This document shows positions 27,332-37,969 of a stretch of DNA of 64,000 nt, piece by piece. Source of the DNA: Chara braunii (Eukaryota; Plantae; Charophyceae). Both the position numbers and the translations under genes were made by a program. The notes below the pieces were generated by a model. It was not told the DNA's origin, ran no database searches, and saw only the letters and a list, made by a program, of their open reading frames with translations. How positions within the stretch are numbered: position 1 is the stretch's first letter; each line of letters opens with the position of its first letter. The stretch covers positions 838,550 through 902,549 of the forward strand of contig BFEA01000027.1 in NCBI GenBank assembly GCA_003427395.1, written 5' to 3'.

Positions 27332-27800
27332 ACCTCACGGCCTGCGCTGCCTTCCAATCGGAGCGTTGCGGTTCGTGGAAGGGGCCCGGGAAAGGCAACG
27401 ATGATGGGGTGTGCCAAGGATTTTTGGAAAATTGAGTGTGGGGACACAGACGAAACTGAAATCCCCCGTGTTGGTCCGACTGTAGTAAGAAGAAGATTCG
27501 TCGCCGCACGGGTTTTAAGGGAGAAAAAAGCGCGCACGGGACTCGCAACTATGAAAAATTCAATCCAAAAAGTATCGTTGGACTTCCCAACGAGTCGTCA
27601 CCCTTTGTTTTGCGTGAAAGGGGACGGGTACACACGTGGTATCTCGTTTTCGGATGAGGTCGCGTTGTTGGGCGGCCAAAGCCAGTTGGCCACCCGAAAT
27701 GAGACAATTTGAAGAGTCGATTGATCAGGCACGACCGTGTTAAGGGACGAGCGGTAAAAAACAGGACACCTAGGTCGACCCTGTTTTTCGACCCGTCTCT
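27332..27800 (-). mobile_element. 3' part of the 5' LTR of Gypsy copy A
   Basis: Reverse complement of 27332-27670 aligns with 40630-40960 (tcggaccaacacgggggatttcagtttcgt..tccaaaaatccttggcacacccca). Confidence 0.72.
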
Positions 27801-28167
27801 CGTTGACACTAACCTTACTTTTTTTTTTGCAGATGAATATACTAATTTATCCCACCCTTGACACCCTTACCATCAGCTTATTTTCCTTTTATTTCTATTC
27901 CCTCCATACCCGGTCGCCGACGTGTGCGCGGGTCTCCGCACAGTCGGTTTTGCGCGGTCGAATTGGGACGATTTTTTTTAATTATTTGTATGAATAAATT
28001 TAAGAACGCGGTTAAAATAATTAATGATGAAAAGGAACTCCAAGCCCGCGATCTTGAATGGTACCTTATTTTCATTTTATTTTCTCTTGATTATGTATAC
28101 CCCCCGACGTTTGTCCTAATCTAGGCTATTTTGTTACCCCGCTTATGACCTGAATGCGAGTGACCGT

Positions 28168-28176
28168 TATTATTAC

Positions 28177-28230
<54 letters not shown>
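28168..28230. repeat. (ATT)n microsatellite
   Basis: Direct inspection. Confidence 0.95.
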
Positions 28231-28231
<1 letters not shown>

Positions 28232-29079
28232 ATTAAGAGTGTGGAGAGCGGGGTGCGACGATTGACTATTTTGCGGTGTATGGACCTGCTCATACGGGGT
28301 TTTTCTAAGTGAGGGTTTTTCTAAGTGAGGGTTTTTCTAGTCGCCATCGGGCCTCACTTGTCCGTCGCGTTATGGGCTCCGGTCCGGGATCACGACGGTC
28401 ACCAGTCCGGCGCAGGTACGGTTCATGGATGCGGCTCGTCGGTGTGGTTTCCTGGTACGTACGGTTCATTGGCACGGTGCATTGGTACTTGGTGTGGATC
28501 ATGGTGGGGTTCATTTGGATAGTCCATTGCAACAGGTCCAACCCACTCTTGTCGAGCCTCGGTTGGAGATCCATACCTGGATCAGATTACTGCGGACTGT
28601 GTGGAAGAAACAACCACTGGGCCAAGAGCATCTACGGTACTGGGACTGCAGTGGATTGTGCTGCGGCCACATGCCCTATATTGACACTGGGATTGCAGCG
28701 GACGGGGACTGCCGGTATGGCGGTTGTGCCAGGCCTGGATCTGCACCACAAGAATTGTTGTTGGACCTGTTTTTGGACATACTGGTACTAGACCAGAGGT
28801 CTGTTCACCGGGCCTGGATCTGTAGTCTCGGCCAACAGCTGGTACCGGCCGGTACCGGCCGGTACCCCTTCCTTTTCGGGCATGGGCCTGCCTGTGCAGG
28901 TGCCAGCTCGACTGACAACTATACAAGCAAGGGTTTTGACTTTGGGAAGGGACCGCGCGCATGGCGTACGCCGCCCACGGGGAAGGGAAGAGAACGAAGC
29001 ATGGAGGACATGAGAGGGGGAGATGCGCATTAGGGAGACGACGGCGCGCAAGGTGTGCGCCGCCCACCAGGGTGGCACC

Positions 29080-29290
29080 AAGAGAGACAACGAGAGAGGA
29101 CTGCGGGCAGAGAGAGACAACGAGAGAGAGAGAGAGTGCACAGTGAGAGAGAAAGAGTATGCGTAGTGAGAGAGAGAGAGAGTGCACAGTGAGAGAGAGT
29201 GTGCGCAGTGAGAGAGAGAGAGAGTGCATAGTAAGAGAGAGAGAGAGAGCAGTGAGAGAGAGAGAGAGTGCGCAGTGAGAGAGAGAGCAG
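29080..29290. repeat. GA-rich minisatellite (gagagagagtgcRcagt units)
   Basis: Direct inspection. Confidence 0.9.
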
Positions 29291-29859
29291 CACTAAGGGT
29301 TGTGGAATTGTGAGCAGCACGGGGAAGTTGTGCGTGCATTTGTGATGCTCTATTGATCTAACGTACACCTGAGGTAGAGAGACCAAGAGAAGGAGAGTAA
29401 CGGGCACGCGATCATGCAAAACATGAAGCTAGTAAGAGGGCGATGAGTTGGGGAGATTTAGTCGAGCAAAGAAAAATGAGCCTTGGGAGAGTAAGAGACT
29501 GTGAGCAGTGGTAGAGAGGGAAAGAGAGAGAGTGAGGAGAGAGACATAGAGAAAGAGAAAGAGAAAGCGAAAAGCTGACCGTCTAAGAGCTGGAGAGAGC
29601 GTGAGGAGGCGCGCGAGTCCAGATGTGTATTTTCTAAATTAAAAAAAAAAAAAAAAAAACTCTTTAGTAGCAATAGTAGCCAGGTTCATCCCAGTCAATA
29701 GGCGACAATGAGGTTGAGTGAAAGAGATCACGTGCGCTAGGTAAAGAGATGAGTAGAGTGAGTCAAGAAGAGAGAGTGAGAACGTATGCCAGAGAATGGA
29801 AATGGTGATAAGAACATGAGCCGCCACTCATGAGAGAGAAAAAAAAGGGGAATCATCTT

Positions 29860-30105
29860 CTCATGATCTAATCTGCTGCTTCATTCCCAATATCTCGCTT
29901 GGTGAGAAGATGAGTTGTTGCGCACGAGGAAGAAAGAAAAGATGATGTATATTCTCATGTTCAATTTGCTGATTCTTGGCCAATATCTCGCTTGGTGTGA
30001 AGGTGAGCTGTTGCGCACGGGGAAGAAAGTAATGACGATGTGTATTCTCATGTTCACTCTGCTGGTTCATACCCAACATCTCGGTTGGAGAGTGGATGAG
30101 CTGTG
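29860..30105. repeat. ~95 bp tandem repeat, about 2.5 copies
   Basis: ccaatatctcgcttggtg.gaag.tgag.tgttgcgcacg.ggaagaaag..tattctcatgttca. Confidence 0.85.
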
Positions 30106-30291
30106 GCATATAAAAAAATATAAAGATATAATAATAATAAGAATACAATGATGTATCTTTCCATGATTTAGCTGTAGACTCCTCCCTATCCGAATACGGT
30201 AGTGAACAGGATCTGAACTCTCCTTTGATCACACACACCAGTGGGGGAAGGCCTTGCCACTCACGCACACACACACACACACACACACACT

Positions 30292-30333
<42 letters not shown>

Positions 30334-31309
30334 AGTCAATTGAAGATCACGGCAGTAACAGACAACTTACACACATATACACAGAAGTTGAACCTGTCCT
30401 CACAAATCGGCCCGATTTATTCGCAGGCCATTCAAGACCAGTGACAGTGGAGCAAAGTTTATCATTCTGTATGAGACTGCAGCACCAAGGCAGCTAGATC
30501 CATTAAAGAATATACAAGATAGCATCAAGGTATGAACTCGGGTCTATATTCCAACAGTGCAGAGCTCGTGGGTACAAGTGGACTACTTGGAGGGCCTGCA
30601 AAGGGGAAGAGGTAAGAGAAAGAGCACAAAATGGTGCAGACTCAAACGAATTCAACAGAGAGAGCGTTTCTCCCATCGCCTTGCAGGCGGAGTTGCAGTC
30701 CGCTAAAGCTGGCTCTCTCTCATATCCACCCCTTCATCTACTCATATGTGATCACCCTTCTGCCCAGAGGGCGTTGAGGGGGAGCAACCCGCAAAAGATC
30801 AAAGCATAAAGTTCTCAAACAAAAGCTCAAAACATGAGAGGGTTTTTTGTGCACTGCTCCGACACGATGACGTTTTATTGGTTACTACTCTCGGCTGCTA
30901 AGTCCAGTTTAAGATCGGAATTCATTTGCTCAAGGGGGCCTTCAAAACGGAGACTCCGACCGTTCAAATTTTCAAACAATCAAGATTTAGACATAATGGT
31001 GATGATTTCAAAACGAACATTGATTCTGAAAATGCGGCAAAGCCATTCGTAATTTGTGACACTGACTTTGCTTGGGTTAAACTGCAGAATTACCGCAGGG
31101 TTTTGGTCGAGCCTTATTCTTACCCTGGTCAGGGCCAAGTGGCTGGTTTGCCCATCTTGTTAAGTGCATGTTGCTCCGACAGTTCAAGTTGACCTACGAT
31201 CAATTTGTGGAAGACGAAGTGCGATCATACCTGTGCAAATCCGAGACCCTCCACGGGAGACCCTACGAGTGAATCTCTGGCAGAGTGAATCTCTGGCCAC
31301 TACTAAGTA

Positions 31310-34300
31310 GTCTGAATGGATGAGTAACCTGATCCAAATGCAGGCGGCTCACATGGAACGGATGGAGCAGATAATGAGCTGGCTCATTAAGCCTAACCCG
31401 GCTCCGGCCCGACCTACCCCTGCATCGTTTCCGCTCTTACCTGCTCCACCTGCTCCAGGATTCGCCCCCCTGTTTCCCCTTCTAGCTAATCCGGCAGGAA
31501 AGATCGAGTGTTTCAACTGCAAACAGCCCGGGCATTTCGCCCGAGACTGTCCGCAGCCAAAACGTAATCAGCCCCCCCCTGCTGCGGCCCCAGTCGCCCT
31601 TAATCACGGACGAGTGGCCGCTCTGATGTACACGGACCAGGGAGGAGAGGTCGTAGCATACGCTCCAGAACAGCCTTCCCCTTCGAAGACAATGGCGTCG
31701 ACATCAGGGGCCTCTTCCTCTGACGCTGCTGACGTGGTCGATCCTCTCGAGTATTTCCATCTTGTCGGAATGATCGGAGCGATCCGATCGGCCCAGGATG
31801 ATCTCGAATGGGTCGATCGCGAATCCAATCCCGGACCGCAGTTTCGGACAGGAGATATTGATGTGTTAAAAACACTCAAGCAATTAGATATTCGTGTACC
31901 TATCCCAGTAGGACATCTGCTCACCATATCTGAAGCGGCGAACGATAAACTTCTACAACATTGCTAGAAGAATCAAAAGCGCTTCACCTATCAGCGCATA
32001 CAACGGATGTTGAAGAAGAAGGAAGGAGGTGAGGAAGTTGCACCCCTCGAGCCAGATATAAAAGAACCTGAACCCGAAGCCGTACGCGTAGCCGCCATCT
32101 CTTTAGCAGAAAAGGATCACTTTGTACGAGCTCGACCAGTACTATGGAAAAGTGCGGAATGTGACTGCGAAGTTTGGGGTAAGCCGTTTAACGCCCTCAT
32201 CGACACAGGGTCTTCTGAAGTAGCCATAACATTGGAGACTGTTAAAAAGACGGGACGACTTGGATCCATTCTTCCTCAATCAGGCAAAGACAACTATGTC
32301 TCTGCCGACGAGGAAGTAATGAACATTGTAGGCGTTATCAAGAACGTAGTTGTAAAAGTGGGACGAGTACACGTTCTTGTTAACGCATGTGTAATAGATG
32401 TACGTTCCTACCCTGTGTTGTTGGGATTACCTTGGGCAATGGCGGTAGGCGCACGACTGCATTTCGATTCGAAACAACTGGTGCTCACACAAACTGGGGG
32501 AAAACCTCAGACTGTTCCCTTGCGGGTTTCCACCCGAACGATAAAACGGGTTTCCAACTCACCCCAAATAGGGATGATCCGAGGCATTGATCCCGAGCAA
32601 TGCTTCCCCTTGCGCCTCGGGGAGGGAATCAGGGAACGAGAATACGAAGAAGAGATGCCCAGTAAAGAGGAATGGAAACATCTGGTCAAACTTTTCGAAC
32701 ATGAAACCCCCGAAAAATTTCGAGTGTGCCCCAACATCGCTCGAAGCTTCCACGTGGATTCCGAAGACAGTACATTCACACCTCTAACAACCCAGGTCAG
32801 TCCTTTTGTCCTCCTTGGGGAACCCATATTACAAGTCTCCGATCTGGCTGATGATTTGGAACCCCCTTGCACCTTGTACGAGGGAGCTTTTTCCTTACGA
32901 ACGCGTTATCAGCAAACGGAACAGTATTTGGACGTTTCTGTTTTCCCACCCCGATCATTGCTAACAACAGGAGCCATCATCGCCTTGATTAAACAAGATG
33001 CGGAAGCACCGGTAAGTGATGTTCCGAATCTAATGCAAGAAATGACGGATCTAACAGGACTAACTGTGGAACCGACTTCGGTTGATTCAGAGACTGATGC
33101 TGAAACTAAAGAAACGGAGATGATCAGCCCCGCTGAGTCCGACGTGATAGCAACTGTCTTTTTTGTTCGCACCAGTAGTTCCGTTTTCTCTACTATCCAT
33201 GAGCGGCGGGAACGGCCACTTGATTGGATCGATATGCCCCTTAATATGTCCGGGGAATCAACGATCCCCCTCCCGAGTCACGTTCCCACGGAATTTCGGA
33301 AGTCGCTAATCTGTGTATTGAATGGTTATGCAGCTGTGCTGAGTATGCATGACAATGATATTGGGTTAACTAATGTAATTGAACATGTCATTCTCACGGG
33401 AAGTCATCCACCCATTAGCTACGCTCCCTACCGATACTCGTCAGCTCAACGAGCGGCCGCCTTTCAGCGGATTAAGGAATTCGAAGCTAATGGATGGATC
33501 GAACCCGCTATAGGACCGTGGTCTTTTCCTGTAGTGATAGTACGCAAGAAGGCTGGGGGGATTCACATTTGCATTGATTATCGAAAGCTGAATGAGATCA
33601 CGATTAAAGATGTGTATCCCCTCCCCCGGATTGATGAGTTATTGGATGCGATTGGGAGTGCTCGATTTTTCAGCAAGTTTGATGTTCGCCATGCGTTCCA
33701 TCATCTTTTTGTCCGAGAGGAAGATCGACCAAAAACAGCGTTCGTGCTTTTCGAGGGCACGTGGCAATGGATTCCATGTCCAATGGGTATATGCAATGCT
33801 CCTGCAACTTTTCAGCGAGCCATGAACATGGTTTTTCATAATTTCGTATGAAAGACTCGTTTGGCTTAGAGCATCATCAACTACTGCGTGATTGTGTACA
33901 TGGATGACATCCTAGTGTATTCGAGTTCTTATGAGGGACACGTGCAACACATCGAATGGGCAATGCATGTGTTACGAGATGCAGGTTTCAAGGTGGCGCT
34001 TGAGAAGTGTCAGTTTTTCCTCACCACCATTTATTTCCTAGGGCACGTGGTGACAGACAAGGGACTCCAACCGGAACCGCAGAAGGTGGCAGCTGTCACG
34101 GACGCGCCAGTGCCTACCACTATCACGCAAGTTCGCGCCTTTCTGGGCCTAACTTCGTATTAAAGAAGATTTATCAAGGGCTTCGCGGCAATTGCGGGAC
34201 CCCTCACAAATCTCCTGCGCAAGGAGCAGTCGTTGATCTGGACGCCGGAGTGCGATCAAGCGTTTTTCAAACTCAAAGTTGCGCTCATTTCGGCTCGAGT

Positions 34301-34793
34301 CCTTATAAGACTGGATCCCAAAAAACCTTTTGTTCTAATCACCGACTGGCAGCCAGAGGCAATTTCGGCAATCCTTGCCCAAGTGGGACCAAGCGGACTC
34401 GAGAGTGTGGTGGAGTATGCGTCCAAATCAGTACCCGCCTGCAAGCGCAACTACGCCGCTCCGACGGGAGAATGCTATGCGGCTCTCTGGGGAATCATTC
34501 ACTTTCGTGCTTACCTGTATGGGCATAAGTTCACCCTGGTGACTGATCATGAGCCTCTGTTGGCTCTGAAGAAATCGAAGGATTACTCGGGCATGATTGG
34601 GCGATGGGCAACGGTACTCCAGAGCATGGACTTTGGCATCCGCCATTGGAAGCATGAGAGACACGGAAACGCAGACGGACGGTTACACAGGCCTAAGAAA
34701 GTTCTGAAAAGTGAGTAGGCGATCCCGTGGAACGAACCCGAGGAGAAGATTGGACCTCGGTACGACCAAGTGGAGATTTTGTCGAAGCAGTAA
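31310..34793 (+). mobile_element. Ty3/Gypsy copy B: gag (3' part)-protease-RT-RNase H, one frame with in-frame stops
   Basis: CFNCKQPGHFARDC, ALIDTGSS, CIDYRKLN..YPLPRIDELLD, YMDDILV, TDWQ..PTGECYA..TDH..HGNADG. Ends VEILSKQ* at 34791-34793. Confidence 0.96.
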
Positions 34794-34853
34794 GTGACAC
34801 GAGGACTAATTTGCCTCTCCCCAATTCAGTCTCGTCTCTTCCCCTCTATCATC

Positions 34854-36587
34854 ATGACTACTCCGCCTGCCTTCACAACCCCTTCTTCTCCTACTAATTC
34901 TGCCCCGCTTACTTCCTCAGCTTTCTTTGCCACCCTCCCCGATAAATTCTGTTATTTTTGCACGTGCATTGCACGGGTTTATGGGGTCGACTGTCATCCC
35001 TTCGAAACTGGGTTTGTCGATTGGGTAGAATGTGCCACGTGTGTCAATCGTGCGCACGGGGCCTGTGTACGATATCGAACGAATAGCAAGGAATGGAAGT
35101 GCCCCCTCTGTAGAACGAACAAGCTCCCCACGGAGGTTCGATTCGAGGCCGCCCGTACGGACGGCCCTGAATACGACGAAACATACCGACGAGCGGAGGT
35201 CTGGACAAATAAAATTTTATTGGCAAAATTAATGGGGCTATCATTGGGTCACCTCACCAAACACGACAGATGTAGGGCAACCGAGAGATCTCGGGATTAT
35301 CGATGGATCAACGGTCATTTGGAAAAGCGTAAAATTGACGGATCGGGTTCGTGGTTGACGGTTCCTCATCCATTCCAGAGATATGATTGGATCCGATCTG
35401 CTCATGAGGAACAAGCTGCTCATTTTGCGATACGAGTCACGGAGGCAACTGTAGAACAAAACCGATGGTTCTGGTCGAATAAACGAGATGATGTCAGATA
35501 CATTGTCACTAATTGTCCGGTCTATGCCGCTGATCGCGCCCCCATACGGGGACCAAACACGATCGTACCAACGGAAGTAGAGCGTACTTTCCAGTGAGTC
35601 AGTATGGACACGATTGATATTGACGTGCCACCTGGCCCAAACCGCTGTGAATATTCTATTTTATTAGTATTAATTGACCACTTTTCCAAATATACCGAAG
35701 TATATCCCTGTAAGACTCGAAAGGCCGCAGAAATAGCCACGTACATCGAACGGTTCCTCTATACCCATCTAGATACGAAAGAAATTCTAACCGACAATGG
35801 ATCTGAATTTAAAGGTAAGGTAGAAGAACTACTGGCGCGAAGGGGCGTCACGCTCCGACATACGGCACCCCACGTGTCCCAGTTGAACGGGTTGGCCGAG
35901 AATGCCAACCGTATGGTTAAGACCCCCCTTCGCAGGAACTTAGCGGCACACGATGCGTGTCCTTGGCCCGAAATCGTATGTCAGATCGTCGGGATCCACC
36001 GGGCCACTACTCACGAGTCTACGGGGTTCACCCCCTTTCAGCTTCGAACTAATAGCCTCCCCTGTGTCGATTACCGGGGTAACTCATAAATTGCCGAAGC
36101 AGGGGGTAGAGACACGCGTGCGGCCCTCAAAGCCAAGGCCAAGAGGTACGCCGACTTAATGGAACGGGCCGTTCCGAAGCTAGCCCGAAAAAGGCAAGGG
36201 ATGACCGAACTGGCCCACGGTAGACAGATCTGTAGTTATAAGGCTTGGAACGGGAATGCTGGGCCCCAATACCAATATAAATTTGGGGACCTAGTGCAGG
36301 TGCGTAAATGTGCACGAGACCGGAAACTCGCTCCCAAATTCTCTGGCTGTTTTCGCGTTGTCGAGCTCAGACCCAACGGCGCTAACACGGTGCGCATTGC
36401 GCCTGAGGCTAGCGCCAGTCGTAGCTCCGTCCCCATCGTGCGACATACCTCCTACCTCCGTCTCCTTCCTCCTTCCGATCTTCCTCCCTCTTCTCCTTTG
36501 GAAAGCGAGGAAAACAACGACGATCTAACCCTCTCTCCTCTTTCTCCCTCCTCCTGTCCCTCGTACTCCTCTCCGACCTCGCCATGA
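34854..36587 (+). pseudogene. Gypsy copy B: PHD finger + HHCC + DDE integrase + GPY/F-like tail
   Basis: PHD at 34950-35111 (CYFC..WVECATC..HGAC..WKCPLC); MDT..IDHFSKY..TDNGSEF..NGLAENAN; KLAPKFSGCFRV. Confidence 0.92.
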
Positions 36588-37006
36588 GTTTTATCACGGA
36601 GCGGGTTCTTGACTTACAGCTGCGGCAGCCACGTGGCTACATCTCTGAAATCCGGCAAGTTTGTCACCCTTGGCTCAATACGGACCTCCGCCGGTCGATG
36701 CGATTCTTCTGCGACGAAGGTATCTATGTCGCCGCTGCGTTTCGGATAGAAGGAAGCCCTCACGCGATAGTGTTCGCAGAGGTTACTGCAGTTCATCGAC
36801 GAGCGGGTCCCAGAACGAGCCACGTCACCACAGCGGTGGGATTCACCGGTGACATCAGCTCGGTCAACCCGCAGAGGCATACCGAGATCTTGGGCTCGCT
36901 GCGCGAGTGGACGGAGCAAGTCTCCAACGTGTGGCAGCACGTCCTCGCTCGAGAAGGATATAACATCATTCCGATCTCTGCATCGGACCTTGACGGCATT
37001 CGCTGA
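36584..37006 (+). CDS. Additional 140-aa ORF 3' of integrase, unknown function
   Basis: ATG overlaps the integrase stop (ATGA). The ORF is uninterrupted and not low-complexity. Confidence 0.5.
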   Translation: MSFITERVLDLQLRQPRGYISEIRQVCHPWLNTDLRRSMRFFCDEGIYVAAAFRIEGSPHAIVFAEVTAVHRRAGPRTSHVTTAVGFTGDISSVNPQRHTEILGSLREWTEQVSNVWQHVLAREGYNIIPISASDLDGIR

Positions 37007-37062
37007 GCACCGCACGAGCTACCAGTTGTGATTCCAAACCTCGTTCCCTTCCTTCATCCCCA

Positions 37063-37820
37063 ATGAACCACGCCAATCTTCTCGCTCCTCTCTCTATCTT
37101 TGGTCTTCCCTCTCTCTTCCCGACCTTCTGGCAATCCGATCTGCACCCTTCTCTCTCCTTCTCGTTCGAACCCCTTTCGGTCCCTCTTATCAATCCTGGA
37201 CATTGGCAGCTGTGGCGCGAAACTTTTGAGGAATTGTCTTTCTGTCTGGCCCGAGTACAAGTGAAGTGGACGGGCACTGTCGAGCACCCCACGTGGATCG
37301 AGAGTCTGGAGCTGCTAATCATACAAGGTTGGAGGACTTACACGGAAGGAGATCTTATTGGATTCCTCTTTGGATTGGTACAACCGGGTCGCCGTCAATT
37401 AATTGCACAGGAGCTCATCGCACCGATCGTACAATTGGCGGACAATTTCTCGCCCAACATCTACTTTCAAAGTGACGACAGTCCTGCTCCGTACATTTTC
37501 GAGCGATCTTTGGACCCGTACCTTCAGTGGACTTCGTGCTTGGAGGGACGAGGATACGCTACCATCGCGGCAGGAGTATCTGAAGCCGTACGAGATCACC
37601 CCTTACGCCTTCTACCTGAGGGCAGGAGAAGTGGTGATCGACGACGACGACAACGAAGAAGAAGACAACGACGAGGAAACATCGAGGGAGGGAAGCCATA
37701 GTGAACATAGTAAGGGCGAGCTAAGTGAGAAGGAAGAGAAAGAAAAAGGAATTGGATCCGAGTGGGAAGCCCCGCCGGCGGAAGCGACGCGCACGGAATC
37801 GGAAGCAGAGATCTTGCCAT
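37063..37820 (+). CDS. Second additional 3' ORF, probably frameshifted near 37545 into an acidic tail
   Basis: ORF 37063-37701 has a globular-looking N-terminal part. The alternative frame continues EDTLPSRQEYL..DDDDNEEEDNDEE. Confidence 0.45.
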
Positions 37821-37969
37821 GGATGTTGTCGCCACCTCATCCGCAACTCAAGTCCTGTTCTGTTGATACATTTGGTTCCTCATGCATCACTCTGTTTTCC
37901 CCTCTTCTTTTTCGCCGTGACATGCAATCAGGAGATCGCATAATTTTGGAACCCCCTGCGCGTCACATA

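Noticed and set aside
19741-28300. Intact full-length LTR element with paired LTRs
   Set aside because: I could not align the 19.7-21 kb segment with the PBS-adjacent LTR at 27.3-27.8 kb, and no TSD was found
34790-34829. Apparent 40 nt intron (GTAAGT..CTAAT..CAG) removing the pol stop
   Set aside because: Removal would shift the frame, it is very short, and copy A has TTAAGT with no donor at that position
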